Below, piece by piece: positions 33,021-44,445 of a stretch of DNA of 64,000 nt (its first letter is position 1; each line of letters opens with the position of its first letter). This DNA is from Candidatus Bathyarchaeota archaeon (GTDB lineage: Archaea; Thermoproteota; Bathyarchaeia; TCS64): NCBI GenBank assembly GCA_963820555.1, contig CAWGAT010000047.1, forward strand, positions 33,982-97,981, given 5' to 3'. The position numbers and the translations under genes are program-made. Below the pieces are notes generated by a model. It saw only the letters and a program-made list of their open reading frames with translations. It ran no database searches and was not told the DNA's origin.

Positions 33021-33506
33021 ATGAGCGAATCTGCTCCAAAGGTCAAGAGGAGACGTGCCCTCAGAAGGCAGGACGCGAGGAGCGTCCTGGAGGGGGCGTC
33101 GGGTTACTTTAAAGGACAATCCTTCTCATTGGTCGAGGAGGCGGAGACAGAGGATGGCACTAAAGTCTACATCCTAGACGACGAGATATTGTTGTTTAGG
33201 TTTGAGGGGAGCCTCTACCCGACGCTGAGGTGCAAGTGCGTGGGCTCTCTCCCCGCCGTCATCGTCGACATGGGGGCTATACCTTTCGTCTGCAAGGGGG
33301 CCGACGTTATGGCGCCCGGCATAACCGAGATCAAGACTCCCTTCGAAGAGGGCGCCCTAGTGGTCGTACGTGACGTTAAACACGGGAAGGCGCTCGCCAT
33401 CGGTAAAGCGCTGAAGCCATCGGCGGCCATCATGGCCGAGAAGAAGGGTAAGGTCATACACAACATCCACTACGTCGGGGACAAGATTTGGGAGTCAAAG
33501 CCCTAG
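33021..33506 (+). CDS. PUA-domain RNA-binding protein
   Basis: PTLR, VDMGAIPFV..GADVMAPGI, HYVGDKIW. Confidence 0.9.
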   Translation: MSESAPKVKRRRALRRQDARSVLEGASGYFKGQSFSLVEEAETEDGTKVYILDDEILLFRFEGSLYPTLRCKCVGSLPAVIVDMGAIPFVCKGADVMAPGITEIKTPFEEGALVVVRDVKHGKALAIGKALKPSAAIMAEKKGKVIHNIHYVGDKIWESKP

Positions 33507-33760
33507 GCGCCGCGTAATCCGGGCAGGATGAAGTATAACCCTATGGCGAAGGCAATTAGAACCATCACCGCGAACAGCATGGCGCCCGTGAACACGACCC
33601 ACCAGACCCCATACTTCCTCTTCCCCCTCTCGAAGCTCTCAAGGTACTCCCTGAAGTATCCCCTGATTAGGTTGAGGAGGCGTCCCGCCATGCTACCACG
33701 CGCATACGCCTCATGGGTGTAGACCGCATAAACTTTATCCGCCCTGCCCGTCTCTTTCAC
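33503..33760 (-). CDS. Small membrane protein (start uncertain)
   Basis: C-terminal hydrophobic helix. Confidence 0.45.
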   Translation of the reverse strand: MKETGRADKVYAVYTHEAYARGSMAGRLLNLIRGYFREYLESFERGKRKYGVWWVVFTGAMLFAVMVLIAFAIGLYFILPGLRGA

Positions 33761-33777
33761 AGGATTCGGTGAACGTT

Positions 33778-34929
33778 ATGGGTAAGAGTATGCTCGACGG
33801 CGTACGCATCCTAGACTTCGGCCACGTCTACTTCGGCCCCTTCTCAACCATGATCCTAGCGGACATGGGCGCGGAGGTCCTCAAGGTTGAGCCACCTTGG
33901 GGTGAGATCAACAGGCTCGGCACAAACCTCTTCGGAGGCGCATCCAGCAGCTTCCACTACCTCAACAGGAACAAGAAGGGCCTCGCCTTCAACCTCAAAG
34001 ACCCCAAGGCGCTTGAGATTGTCAAAGAGCTGGCGAAAAAGAGTGACGTGATAGTCGAGAACTTCAAACGCGGCACCATGGACAAGCTCGGCCTAGGCTA
34101 CGAGCAGGTAAAGGCCGTGAAACCCGACATCATCTACGCTAGCCTCAGCGGCTTCGGCCTCGACGGCCCCTTCAGGGACCGCCCGAGCTTCGCCCCCATA
34201 GCCGAGAGCCAGAGCAGCTGGCTCCGCCTCTCAGGCGACAATGTCGACCCCAACGGTCCGCCGGTGGTCCCGGCGGAGTACCACGGCGACCTCGACCCCG
34301 CCCTCTACGCCACAATCGCCATCCTCGGCGCCCTAAGGCACCGCGATAGGACCGGCGAGGGCCAACTTATCGACGTCTCACAGCTCGACGTCATGATCGC
34401 CCAGTGTGGTGTTAGCATCGCGAGCTACAGCCTCAGCGGCAAGCTCCCGTGGGTTACGAGGCAGGCCCGGAAAGGCATCGGCGCCTGGGGCATCTTCAAG
34501 GCGAAGGACGGCAAATACATCTACGTAGCCGCTGACCAGAACATGGATGATAGGGTCATGAAGGCCATAGGCGTCGAGGAGATTGAGGAGGGCAGCGATA
34601 TCTTCACGAAGTGGGTCGAGGGCCAGATAGCCGCCGACGCCATTACGATACTCGCCGCTAACGCGGTTCCCTGCGCACCGGTGCACCACATCCCCGACAT
34701 GCTCGAAGACCCACAAGTGAAGGCGAGAAACAGCATCGTAACACTCGACCACAAGCTGGCGGGCAAGTTCGTCGTCCCACAGCACCCGGTCAAGTACAGC
34801 AAGACCCCCGCCACCATCAAGGCACCCGCCCCCATCCTCGGCGAGCACAACGACGAGGTCCTCAAGAGCCTCCTTGGCTACTCGCAGGAGAAGCTCGACG
34901 AGCTACGTGCCGCGGGCGTCATCGTCTAA
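33778..34929 (+). CDS. Family III CoA-transferase (CaiB/BaiF)
   Basis: LADMGAEVLKVEP, NRNKK, VENF, APILGEH. Confidence 0.92.
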   Translation: MGKSMLDGVRILDFGHVYFGPFSTMILADMGAEVLKVEPPWGEINRLGTNLFGGASSSFHYLNRNKKGLAFNLKDPKALEIVKELAKKSDVIVENFKRGTMDKLGLGYEQVKAVKPDIIYASLSGFGLDGPFRDRPSFAPIAESQSSWLRLSGDNVDPNGPPVVPAEYHGDLDPALYATIAILGALRHRDRTGEGQLIDVSQLDVMIAQCGVSIASYSLSGKLPWVTRQARKGIGAWGIFKAKDGKYIYVAADQNMDDRVMKAIGVEEIEEGSDIFTKWVEGQIAADAITILAANAVPCAPVHHIPDMLEDPQVKARNSIVTLDHKLAGKFVVPQHPVKYSKTPATIKAPAPILGEHNDEVLKSLLGYSQEKLDELRAAGVIV

Positions 34930-35001
34930 ACCCTTTTTACGCCAATTTCCCCAACGGTGGGTCTTTAAATCACCGCTGGGGCTCTTCTCAGTTGAAGAGC
35001 A

Positions 35002-35838
35002 ATGAGGGTGGGCGTCGTCTCAAGGACAGACACGGATGCCGTGTTCCCTGTGACCCGCAAGGTCATAGAGCTTCTAGAATCCCAGAGAGTGGAAGTCCTT
35101 GTAGAGACTGAGACCGCAATGGCGCTCGAGATGAAGAACGAGACCATCGACCTAACCGACATGGAGGCGGACTTCGTGGTCGCCATCGGCGGCGACGGCA
35201 CGATCCTCCGCGTGGCAATGGGGCTGAAGGCCCCCGACACACCCCTCCTCGGCGTCAATATGGGCAGAAGGGGCTTCCTCTGCGAGGTCCTCAAGGAAGA
35301 GATAGAGCCGGCGATCGACAGGGTCATCGCGGGTGACTATACGATCGAGACCTGCGTTAAGCTGCGGAGCCGTTGCCTCGAAATGGAGGCGGACTTCCCT
35401 GACTCCCTAAACGAGGTTCTCGTCTCCTCCAGCCTCCCATCCAAAATGATCCTTTGCAGGTTACTAGTCAACGGGGAGCAGCTCACCGAGATACAGGCGG
35501 ACGGAATCCTCGTCTCGACGCCCACGGGGTCAACAGCTTATAATCTCTCCGCCGGTGGCTCTATACTCGCCCCTGGCGTCGATGCGATGATACTTACTGC
35601 AGTCAACTCCTATAGCTACTTCCGCAGCATAACCCTACCACTTAACTCAAAGGTGACCGTGGAGCTTCGAAAACCTAAGGCGGACGCCCTCGCTATCGTC
35701 GACGGGAAGGTATACACCGGTTTAAAGCCTCTCTCAACAGTCGAGATTGAGGTGTCAGCCAACAAGACGCGTTTCATAAGGTTCAAGCCGTTCTACGAGA
35801 GGCTCAGGAGCAGGCTCACCCACATCCAGGCGCAGTGA
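35002..35838 (+). CDS. nadK: NAD kinase
   Basis: GGDGT, NE, DG..STPTGSTAY.LSAGG. Confidence 0.93.
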   Translation: MRVGVVSRTDTDAVFPVTRKVIELLESQRVEVLVETETAMALEMKNETIDLTDMEADFVVAIGGDGTILRVAMGLKAPDTPLLGVNMGRRGFLCEVLKEEIEPAIDRVIAGDYTIETCVKLRSRCLEMEADFPDSLNEVLVSSSLPSKMILCRLLVNGEQLTEIQADGILVSTPTGSTAYNLSAGGSILAPGVDAMILTAVNSYSYFRSITLPLNSKVTVELRKPKADALAIVDGKVYTGLKPLSTVEIEVSANKTRFIRFKPFYERLRSRLTHIQAQ

Positions 35839-35839
35839 G

Positions 35840-36349
35840 GTGGCTATCTTGAGACACGTCATCCTGGATACGTCCGCCTTTATCCAGGGGTACAACCTCT
35901 CCACTGATGAAGAGTACTACACAGTCCCAGAGGTGCTCGACGAGATCAGGGAGGATCTGGGGAAGATGAGATACGAGAGCGCGAGGGCCTCGGGGCGGCT
36001 GAAGGAGGTCAATCCGGATAAGAAGTGGTCGGGTGAGCTCGAGGCGAAGTCGAGGTCGGCGGGTGAGGCGCACAAGCTCTCCCCCACGGATAAGCAGCTG
36101 CTCTCACTCGGGCTCCAGCTGAAATCCGAGGGGAAAGAGCCCACCATCGTGTCCGACGACTACTCCGTTCAGAACATGGCGGCGCGGCTGGGATTCCGAT
36201 TCGTCTCCCAGGCCACAAAGGGGATAAAGAAGGTGTTTAACTGGGGAATCTACTGCCCCGGTTGCAGGAGGAGTTTCGACTCTCCGCAGGAGGACAATGT
36301 CTGCCCAATCTGCGGGACGGAACTGAAGAGGAAACCGAGAAGGGACTAG
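35840..36349 (+). CDS. nob1: Nob1 PIN/zinc-ribbon endonuclease
   Basis: LDTSAFI, LSPTD, SDDYSVQN, CPGC…CPICG. Confidence 0.92.
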   Translation: MAILRHVILDTSAFIQGYNLSTDEEYYTVPEVLDEIREDLGKMRYESARASGRLKEVNPDKKWSGELEAKSRSAGEAHKLSPTDKQLLSLGLQLKSEGKEPTIVSDDYSVQNMAARLGFRFVSQATKGIKKVFNWGIYCPGCRRSFDSPQEDNVCPICGTELKRKPRRD

Positions 36350-36630
36350 GGTATGCGGGGGACGAATCGCCCCGTGCCCTCTTTCGCGTGGACGACACCG
36401 TCCTCCTTCACGATCTCACCCCTTATCAGTGGCATGACGGGTGCTCCCTTCACAACCATTCCGTCGTATGGCGTCCACCCACAGGCCGTGATCTGATCGT
36501 CGTTCGTAATTTTCGTCGTTTTGTACATGTCGCAGATTACCATATCAGCGTCTGCTCCTGGCATCAGAGTGCCCTTCTTCGGGTATATCTCGTAAATTCG
36601 GGCCGGGTTCTCCGCCATGACCTCGGCCAC
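36346..36630 (-). pseudogene. C-terminal fragment of dihydroorotase/allantoinase-type amidohydrolase
   Basis: ENPAR…KKGTLMPGADAD…GWTPYDG…RGE; no upstream body. Confidence 0.72.
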
Positions 36631-36757
36631 CCGCTCAAAGGGTCAGCCGGCCAGTAAGGAGCCTACGGGGCCCACCCAAGAGCTCCCGGGTTAAAACCGT
36701 CTAGTTGAAGAGTGCGCATGAATTGGGGATTGAGGATAAAAGACTGTCTTTTATATT

Positions 36758-36982
36758 CTATTTATGATCTTCTAAGTCCCTTATGGCTTCTCTGACTGCT
36801 AAATATATGATTGCTAGGCCAGCTGCGGCGATAAACATTGAATCTCCCAGGTTGGGCCACATTGGTAAAAAGTACCATTCATCGAAGTATATAGTGAACT
36901 TCAAGGCGAAGCCGATGAGTCCTGAACCGAGACTAGTTAAGGCAGCTAGTCTGAGGAAGGTTCTATTTTTCAAGATAGCCAC
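36758..36982 (-). CDS. Small 2-TM membrane protein
   Basis: 74-aa hydrophobic ORF. Confidence 0.55.
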   Translation of the reverse strand: MAILKNRTFLRLAALTSLGSGLIGFALKFTIYFDEWYFLPMWPNLGDSMFIAAAGLAIIYLAVREAIRDLEDHK

Positions 36983-37022
36983 CCTATGGTCTAGCTCCCT
37001 AGTTTCATAGTAGCTACTAATC

Positions 37023-37560
37023 TTGTTAATATCTTTTACTTCAAAAATCTACCGCCTCCCTGTCTTCGGCCTCACCCTCGCAGGGGTCTTGTGGATGACG
37101 AGCCTCTACCAACTTGAGGTCGTCGTGATTTGGATTTGCGATGGTCGGACAACCTTTGAGTTTCCAGCTACATCTGGACAACGAGCCTCTGTATGGCTCG
37201 CGATGTCTTCTATGACGTAAACACCATCGCCTTCATCGTCGCGATCCTAAGTGGCGCTCTCTTCAACGAGAGGCGTCGGCGACGTAAAGCAGGAGGCGTC
37301 TCAAGTGGTTGAGGTAGACGCCCGCCGCATCGCCTTCTGGACGGTCTTCTTACTTGGTCTCTTGACCGCTTTTTGGCAATATTTCGAGTTTGCTTATGCC
37401 CTCACGAAGGCGAGCCTCATCGCGAGCCCAGTTTGGAGCGGCACTCTCGGGGCGCCAGTGCCACTACCTCCCCTCCTCGACGGCTATTCCACCCTCAACG
37501 ATCCCGCGAGGCGTGACGATCCTCGCGTTCCTAACCACGAGATCAACCTTCAAACCAGAC
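37023..37560 (+). pseudogene. One or two frameshifted small membrane protein genes
   Basis: Hydrophobic ORF pieces in alternating frames. Confidence 0.35.
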
Positions 37561-37638
37561 ACTCTCTATACCCTCACCGAATCCGCATAAAACAGCCACC
37601 CCTAAACCGTTTAAACGCCGACTCAGAAGAATAGCCAG

Positions 37639-39212
37639 ATGTACGACCTCATAATCAAAGGCGGTAGGATAGTGGACGGCGCCGGCAACCCATGGTACCC
37701 CGGGGACGTCGCAGTGACCAAGGGCAGGATCATCGCCGTCGGGAGGGCCGAGGGGGAAGCCCGGGAGACGATAGACGCGTCCGGCCTCGTCGTCTCCCCC
37801 GGCTTCATAGACGCTCACAGCCACGGTGACCTAGTCCTGATCTCGGAGCCAGAAGCAAAGATTAAGATTATGCAGGGCATTACGACCGAGGTCGTGGGTC
37901 AGGACGGCCTCGGCGAGGCCCCCCTCACAGATGAGAACGTCGATATGTGGCGCAGGTACCTCTCAGGGCTGAACGGAAACCCGGACATAGGATGGGAATG
38001 GAGAAGCCTCGGCGACTACCTCACCCGACTTGAAAACGCGAGACCATCCGTCAACGTCGCCTCACTCGTCGGCCACGGAAACATTCGCCTAGCCGCCATG
38101 GGTATGGAGAACAGAAAGCCCACACCCTCAGAACTCGACGAGATGAAGAAGCTCCTCGACGAGTCACTCCGCGAGGGCGCCATTGGCCTCAGCACCGGCC
38201 TCATCTACCCCCCCTGCGTCTACTCCGACGCGTTCGAGTTGACCGAGCTCTGCAGAGTCGTCGCGGCCCACCGCGGCGTCTTCGTGGTCCACATGAGGAA
38301 CGAGGGGGACAAGCTCCTCGACTCGATAGACGAGGTGGTCAACGTTGGACGCGACTCGGGTGCCTCCATCCACATCAGCCACTTCAAGTCGAACGGCAGG
38401 GCGAACTGGGGCAGAGCACCGCAGGCAATCGCTAGGGTGGAAGAGGCGAGGATGAGGCGGCGTTGACGTGACCTTCGACCAGTATCCATATACTGCCGGC
38501 AGCACCTTCCTCGGAAGCCTTCTCCCCCCATGGGCCCACGAGGGCGGCCTCGATAAGCTGCTGACCCGACTCAGGGACAGAGCAGACGAGGGCTAAGCTC
38601 GCCTCTTACCTCAACCACGAGGGGGACGAGGGAAGTCCCAACGAGTGGGACCGGATACTCATCACAAACGTCAGGACTATCCGTAACAAGCGCTTCGAGG
38701 GAAGGTATGTCTCACAGATAGCGGAGGAGCTCGGGAAGGGACCCGCGGAGACCGTCCTCGACCTCGTCCTAGAGGAGGAGAACTCGGTGACAATGGCGAC
38801 CTTCACCATGGATGAGGAGGATGTTAGGACCATAATGAGAAGCCCCCTAGGCATGGTCTGCACCGACGGCATAGTTCTCGGCAAACCCCATCCTAGGGCC
38901 TACGGTAGCTTCCCACGCGTCGCCGGCCGCTATGTTAGAGAGGGCGTCATACGGCTAGATGATGCGATAAGGAAGATGACCAGTTACACAGCGCAGACCC
39001 ACGGCTTCACAGACCGTGGCATACTTCGACCAGGTCTAGCCGCAGATATCACAATCTTTAATCCCGATAAGATCGAGGATACAGCAACCTTCGAAAATCC
39101 CATCCAGTACCCGAGAGGTATAGAATACGTTATCGTGAACGGCGTCGTCACCGTGGAACATGGTAAACACAACGGCAGTCGGGCGGGTAAAGTCCTACGC
39201 CGTCCCAGTTAA
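37639..39212 (+). CDS. N-acyl-D-amino-acid deacylase (frameshifted near 38455-38620)
   Basis: PGFIDAHSH, STGLIYPP, HMRNE, DQYPY, PHPRAYGSFPR. Confidence 0.9.
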
Positions 39213-39453
39213 TTTTACCCCAAATAGTGAGCCGGCCAGTTTATCGTGCTAATGATTAGGAATACATGAGTAGCTTGGACGTAGAAGGTGAGAACCTGCG
39301 ACCACGCAACATTTGCTTGTGTTCTTTGGAATGTATTTAGCTATTTTTCGCGTTTTTCCTTTTTACAGATTAAGTACTCGATTGCAGGTTCACATTCTGC
39401 CTCCGAGAAGATTTAAATCGCGCACGCTGTTGAGGCTTGAAGAGGCGACCGAG

Positions 39454-40185
39454 ATGGGGACCGCGATAAAGGTTAGCGACCTCCGGAAGAACTTTGGAGA
39501 CTTCGAAGCGTTGAAGGGGGTCACGTTCAACGTCGAGGAGAATGAGATATTCGGTCTAATTGGACCTAATGGTGCCGGTAAGACCACGACTCTCAGAATA
39601 CTCGGGACCCTGATCAACCCCTCTTCAGGGGTGGCTGAGGTCTTCGGGCACGAGGTGGTCAGGGACGCGAACAAGGTAAGGGAGATACTCAGTTATCTAC
39701 CCGAGGACGCAGGGGCCTATCAGTACCTCAACGGTGAGGAGTATCTACGGTTCATGGCGGGGTTCTACATACGAGACAAGGCGGCCCTCGAGGCGATGGT
39801 GTCCGCGGGGAAGGATATAAGCGGGCTTGGTGACCGCCTAAGAGACAGGGTCAACAGCTACAGCAGGGGGATGAAGAGGAGGCTCCTCATAGCGAGGGCG
39901 CTAATGATCAAGCCAAAACTCGCCATCCTCGACGAGCCCACCTCGGGACTAGACGTGATCCAGGCCTACCACGTCCGCGGCATGATAAAAGACTACGCGG
40001 AGAAGATGGGCGTAACCACCATCGTCTCGAGCCACAACATGCTCGAGGTGGAGTATCTCTGCCACAGGGTCGCGCTCATCAACGAGGGCGTCATCGTCGC
40101 GCAGGGAACACCCGAGGAGCTGAAGGCGAGGTATAACTCGGTCAATCTGGAGCAGGCTTTCATGGAGGCGACTCAGCTTGGGTAG
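39454..40185 (+). CDS. ABC transporter ATP-binding protein
   Basis: GPNGAGKTT, YSRGM, LDEPTSGLD, SSH. Confidence 0.93.
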   Translation: MGTAIKVSDLRKNFGDFEALKGVTFNVEENEIFGLIGPNGAGKTTTLRILGTLINPSSGVAEVFGHEVVRDANKVREILSYLPEDAGAYQYLNGEEYLRFMAGFYIRDKAALEAMVSAGKDISGLGDRLRDRVNSYSRGMKRRLLIARALMIKPKLAILDEPTSGLDVIQAYHVRGMIKDYAEKMGVTTIVSSHNMLEVEYLCHRVALINEGVIVAQGTPEELKARYNSVNLEQAFMEATQLG

Positions 40186-41491
40186 CTTCACGAGCATAAT
40201 CCTGAAGGAGATCAAGGAGCTCATCAGGGACCCGAAGATACTGTTCGGTGTTGTGCTCCTTCCCCTACTCCTGTACCCACTCATGGGGCAGGGGATACAG
40301 ATCAGTCAGCAGGCCGTCGAGACGAGCATAAGGGGGGCTAAGTTTTCACTCTACAGCGACGACAGTGGGCCCATCGCCGACGCCATCATCAAGTATATCA
40401 CGACGAATAATACAGTGACGAGGATACAGGCCAGTAATCTCCCGGAAGCGTTGGTCAAGTTTAAGGACTCGGATTCTGTAGCCCTCGTCTACGTTCCAAG
40501 TGGATATAACTATAACATCACAAACGGCGTGAAGGGGAACGTGAAGATATACGGGAACCTTAAGAATCTTAACATTGCGGAGGCGAGCGGCGCCGAGGTG
40601 GCGGGCAGTCTCGTCAACGTGTATAATTACTACTACTCGCTTGCAATCATTAAGGGCTTAGCTACTACGGCGGGGGACAACAGCAGCCCGGTGGCTATCC
40701 ACGATCCCATCAGTCTCAATTACGCTTCAATAATAAAGGGGAACGTCATCGAAGTCTCCCCCAGCCAGATCACGGGTCTCATAATGAGCCAGAGTATCAT
40801 GCTCCCGATAATGGTGATGATGATGGTCATATTCGCCATCCAGATGGCCGCGACCAGCATCGCATTGGAGAAGGAGCAGAAGACGCTGGAGACCCTCATG
40901 ACGCTCCCCGTGGGTAGGCTCACGATCCTGGCCGGGAAGCTAACCGGCTCCATAGTAATCGCCATCGCTGGCTCGATCAGCTACCTGATAGGTTTCAGCT
41001 ACTACACGAGCTCCGCCTTCAGCTTCGCCTCAACAACCACGAGCGTAGATCTCACAGGTGCGGGGATAGGCATCCAGCCACTGGGCTACGCTCTACTCGG
41101 GATAGTCATGTTTGTGAGCCTCGTCTCGGCCCTCGCACTGGCGATAAGCCTCGCCGTCTTCACCGACAGTGTCAGGAGCGCCCAGAGCCTAACCGGTGTC
41201 CTCATAGTCCCGCTGATTATACCCGCCATCATACTGATGTTCAGCGACATTGAGATGCTACCAACAACCATACAGTGGATTCTGCTCGCCATACCATACA
41301 CACACACAATGCTGGCGACGAAGGCGGCCTTCCTCGGAGACTACTGGCTGATGGTGAGGAGCATAGCCTACATAAGCGTCTTCACGGTGGTGGTCCTCTG
41401 GGCCGCGGCGAGGATATTCTCGACCGAGAGGATAATCACTTCGCGCTTCACGAATTTCCGTTTCGGGAAGAGGAAGCAGCCAGTGGCCTAG
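40178..41491 (+). CDS. ABC-2 type permease (NatB-like)
   Basis: KEIKELIRD, EKEQKTLETLMTLP, multiple TM helices. Confidence 0.9.
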   Translation: MGSFTSIILKEIKELIRDPKILFGVVLLPLLLYPLMGQGIQISQQAVETSIRGAKFSLYSDDSGPIADAIIKYITTNNTVTRIQASNLPEALVKFKDSDSVALVYVPSGYNYNITNGVKGNVKIYGNLKNLNIAEASGAEVAGSLVNVYNYYYSLAIIKGLATTAGDNSSPVAIHDPISLNYASIIKGNVIEVSPSQITGLIMSQSIMLPIMVMMMVIFAIQMAATSIALEKEQKTLETLMTLPVGRLTILAGKLTGSIVIAIAGSISYLIGFSYYTSSAFSFASTTTSVDLTGAGIGIQPLGYALLGIVMFVSLVSALALAISLAVFTDSVRSAQSLTGVLIVPLIIPAIILMFSDIEMLPTTIQWILLAIPYTHTMLATKAAFLGDYWLMVRSIAYISVFTVVVLWAAARIFSTERIITSRFTNFRFGKRKQPVA

Positions 41492-41492
41492 G

Positions 41493-41714
41493 CTATTCCT
41501 CCACCAACTCCCAGTCCTCGCACTCCTTCTTCGCTATCGCGGACTCGAGCCACCCCTGCTTGGAGCAGTAGAGGAACTCGCTGAGGTGGTAGCGGGATCG
41601 GAGGAGGCTGTTGAGTATCTCCTTGTTCTCTTGGCCAAGAGAGAGGCGCGTCTCCGGGTCGATGACCTTCGCCCACTTGCATTCCCTGCAGGAGACCTTC
41701 AAACACCTCACCAC
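41493..41714 (-). CDS. Small Cys-rich hypothetical protein
   Basis: CRECKW…YC…C. Confidence 0.5.
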   Translation of the reverse strand: MVRCLKVSCRECKWAKVIDPETRLSLGQENKEILNSLLRSRYHLSEFLYCSKQGWLESAIAKKECEDWELVEE

Positions 41715-41801
41715 AGAATCCTGGGTGATGGATGGGGAAAAGGGTTCCCGAGAGTCATGGTAAAGGTTAAGTTGGCTTCCTCGTATGGTTCGGGGATCGG
41801 C

Positions 41802-42482
41802 TTGGGCAGGTACAAGGGCATAGTCTTCGACCTCGACGGTACCCTGGTCAACTCAGAGGTTGACTTCCCGAAGATGAAGAGGAACATGATAGTGGTCCTG
41901 GAGGAACATGGGGCCCCGAAGGGGATCCTTACGCCCCAGATGACTACCGTTGTCATCCTCGAGAACGCCGAGAGGTACTGGGCGGAGCAGGGGAAGCCCG
42001 AGTCCGAGAGGATCTGGCTACGCGACGAGATGACCCGCCTCATGGACCAGGGGGAGCTTGAGGCTGTTGAGTCACTGACTATGATACCGGGCACCAGCAA
42101 TGCTATCCACAAGCTGAGGAAGATGGGCTACCGCCTTGCCATTCTAACTCGCAGTCATCACGAGTACGCAGTCAGGGCACTGGAGAAGACGGGCATGATA
42201 AAAGACTTCGAACTAATACTGGGGCGTGGCGAGACACCGCAACCCAAGCCCTACGCAGAGGCGATGATCTACGTCGCCAAGCTGATGAAACTCGGCCTAG
42301 ACGAGGTTTTCCTCGTCGGGGACCACCACATAGACTCAACCTGCGCCGTGAACGCGAAGTGCCACTTCATCGGTGTGGCGACGGGTCCCCGCCCCGACAG
42401 GGCCTGGGAGGTCAACAAGCCCGAGGTCATCCTGCCCAGTGTCGCCGACCTCCCAACCTACCTCGCGAAGCACGACAAGTAA
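41802..42482 (+). CDS. HAD-family hydrolase
   Basis: FDLDGTL, LTRS, PKP, VGD. Confidence 0.9.
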   Translation: MGRYKGIVFDLDGTLVNSEVDFPKMKRNMIVVLEEHGAPKGILTPQMTTVVILENAERYWAEQGKPESERIWLRDEMTRLMDQGELEAVESLTMIPGTSNAIHKLRKMGYRLAILTRSHHEYAVRALEKTGMIKDFELILGRGETPQPKPYAEAMIYVAKLMKLGLDEVFLVGDHHIDSTCAVNAKCHFIGVATGPRPDRAWEVNKPEVILPSVADLPTYLAKHDK

Positions 42483-42568
42483 GGCGAAGTGGAAGGTTTT
42501 TTAACCGCTCTCCGACTCTATTGAGGCAATTCAAGGCCCCCATGGTGGGCCCTGCAGAGGTGTTGATT

Positions 42569-42838
42569 GTGTCTGGTAAAGAGGAATATGCGAAGAAACT
42601 TCAACAGGCTCAGAGCGTCCTGAACATGATCGCCGACGACAACACGACCCCCCGGAACATCCGCAGGGCCGCGAAGCAGGCATCGGACATGCTGCTGGAC
42701 GGGAACATCAGCATCGCCGCTAGGGCGGCGAACGCGATTAGCCTGCTCGAGGACATCAGCCAGGATCCGAACATGCCCATGTATAGCAGGACGAGGATCT
42801 GGAACGCCATCAGCGTCCTAGAGGGCATCCGGGACTAA
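42569..42838 (+). CDS. UPF0147 family protein
   Basis: D.TTPRNIRRAA…DPNMP…RTRIW. Confidence 0.9.
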   Translation: MSGKEEYAKKLQQAQSVLNMIADDNTTPRNIRRAAKQASDMLLDGNISIAARAANAISLLEDISQDPNMPMYSRTRIWNAISVLEGIRD

Positions 42839-42921
42839 CCATCCCCGGTTTCACGATTGTAGCCTTCTAGTCGGACTCGGTTTTTTATCTCCTCATTGAC
42901 CCTTCAACTCAGGTGTGATAC

Positions 42922-43668
42922 TTGGTTGGCAAGGTGCTTTTAGTCGGCGAGTCATGGGTCAGCGTGACGACCCACTACAAGGGTTTCGACCACTTCGTCA
43001 GCGGTGGCTACGATACCGGCGTGGCGTACTTCCGAGGGGCGATGGAGGGCTGGGTCGACTGGGTCCACATGCCTGGCCACGAGGCTCAGGCGGGCTTCCC
43101 CCTCGAGGCCGAGAAGCTCAAGGATTACTCCGTCATCATCCTGAGCGACGTCGGAGCCGATACTTTCCTCCTGCACCCCAGAACTTGGATTAACGGGGAG
43201 AGGACACCCAACAGGCTGCGCCTGATAGAGGAGTACGTCCGCGGTGGTGGCGGTCTGATCATGGCTGGGGGTTACCTGAGCTATCAGGGAATAAACGGCG
43301 TCGCGAGGTACCGGGGCTCCCCCGTCGAGGAGGCGCTGCCGGTGGAACTGGAGCCCTACGATGACCGCGTCGAGTGCCCGGAGGGCATCCAGCCGAAGAC
43401 CTCCACGATCAGGCACGAGATAACGAAGGGCCTTGAGGGCACGTGGCCGCACCTGCTCGGATACAACAGTGTCAGGGCAAAGAAGGGAGCGGACATCCTA
43501 GCCACCGTCGGCGCCGACCCACTGCTCGTCGTCGGGGAGCACGGCAAGGGCAGGGCGGTCGCTTGGACGAGCGACATCGGCCCTCACTGGTGCCCGAGGG
43601 AGTTCGCCGAGTGGGACGGCTACACCGAGATATGGAGAAGGATGATAGCCTGGGCGTCGGGCGAGTAG
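42922..43668 (+). CDS. Class I glutamine amidotransferase-like protein (DUF1355-like)
   Basis: LLVGESW, ILSDVG, GGYLSYQG, SDIGPHW. Confidence 0.85.
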   Translation: MVGKVLLVGESWVSVTTHYKGFDHFVSGGYDTGVAYFRGAMEGWVDWVHMPGHEAQAGFPLEAEKLKDYSVIILSDVGADTFLLHPRTWINGERTPNRLRLIEEYVRGGGGLIMAGGYLSYQGINGVARYRGSPVEEALPVELEPYDDRVECPEGIQPKTSTIRHEITKGLEGTWPHLLGYNSVRAKKGADILATVGADPLLVVGEHGKGRAVAWTSDIGPHWCPREFAEWDGYTEIWRRMIAWASGE

Positions 43669-43676
43669 GCGAGACG

Positions 43677-44432
43677 ATGGCGCCGATTGACACCCACGCC
43701 CACCTCGCCGATCTCCCCGAAGGTGATGCTGTAGTCGAGAGAGCGAAAAAGGCGGGGCTCTCTGGCATAGTCGCGGTGAGCGCCACCATGCCGACATGCG
43801 AGGGCACGCTAAGGCTCGCCCGGGGACACATGGGATACGTACACGCTGCCCTCGGCATCCACCCTACTGAGTTCTTCGATCAGAGCCTAGACGCTGCGCT
43901 GGACACCATCAGAGCCAACGCCTCCGATTGCGTTGCGATTGGTGAGATCGGCCTCGACTACTGGCACAAGCTGGTTCGAAAGGATGCGACCCAGAGGGAT
44001 AGACAGAAGGAGTTCTACGTTAGTCAGCTCCGACTCGCAAGTGAAGTCGATCTCCCCGTCTCCATCCACAGTAGAGGAGCCTGGGGGGACTGCCTCGACC
44101 TCGCGTCCCACCACGGCCCAGGCAAAGGCGTCTTCCACTGGTATAGCGGCCCATTAGACGTACTCGACGGGATCCTCGACTCCGGATACCTTGTATCCTG
44201 CACCCCTGCCGTCGAGGTCAGCGCTGAGCTGAGGGCGGCCATGGCGAAGGCGCCCCTTGAGCGCATCCTCGTCGAGACCGACTCGCCGGTCTGGGTCAAG
44301 AGCCTGAGTAGGCAGTCGGAGCCCGCGGACGTCCTCCTCACACTCAGGCACCTCTCGGAGTTAAAGGGGCTGCCAATGGAAGACGTCGAAAGGGCGACGA
44401 CGAGAAACGCCGAAACCCTATTCAAGCTATGA
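43677..44432 (+). CDS. tatD: TatD-family deoxyribonuclease
   Basis: DTHAH, GIHP, IGEIGLDY, HSR, FHWY, ETDSP. Confidence 0.92.
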   Translation: MAPIDTHAHLADLPEGDAVVERAKKAGLSGIVAVSATMPTCEGTLRLARGHMGYVHAALGIHPTEFFDQSLDAALDTIRANASDCVAIGEIGLDYWHKLVRKDATQRDRQKEFYVSQLRLASEVDLPVSIHSRGAWGDCLDLASHHGPGKGVFHWYSGPLDVLDGILDSGYLVSCTPAVEVSAELRAAMAKAPLERILVETDSPVWVKSLSRQSEPADVLLTLRHLSELKGLPMEDVERATTRNAETLFKL

Positions 44433-44445
44433 TTCCCGGTGTTCA

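Noticed and set aside
37008..37019. 12-bp palindrome TAGTAGCTACTA between divergent small genes
   Set aside because: A palindrome of this length is expected by chance in 64 kb
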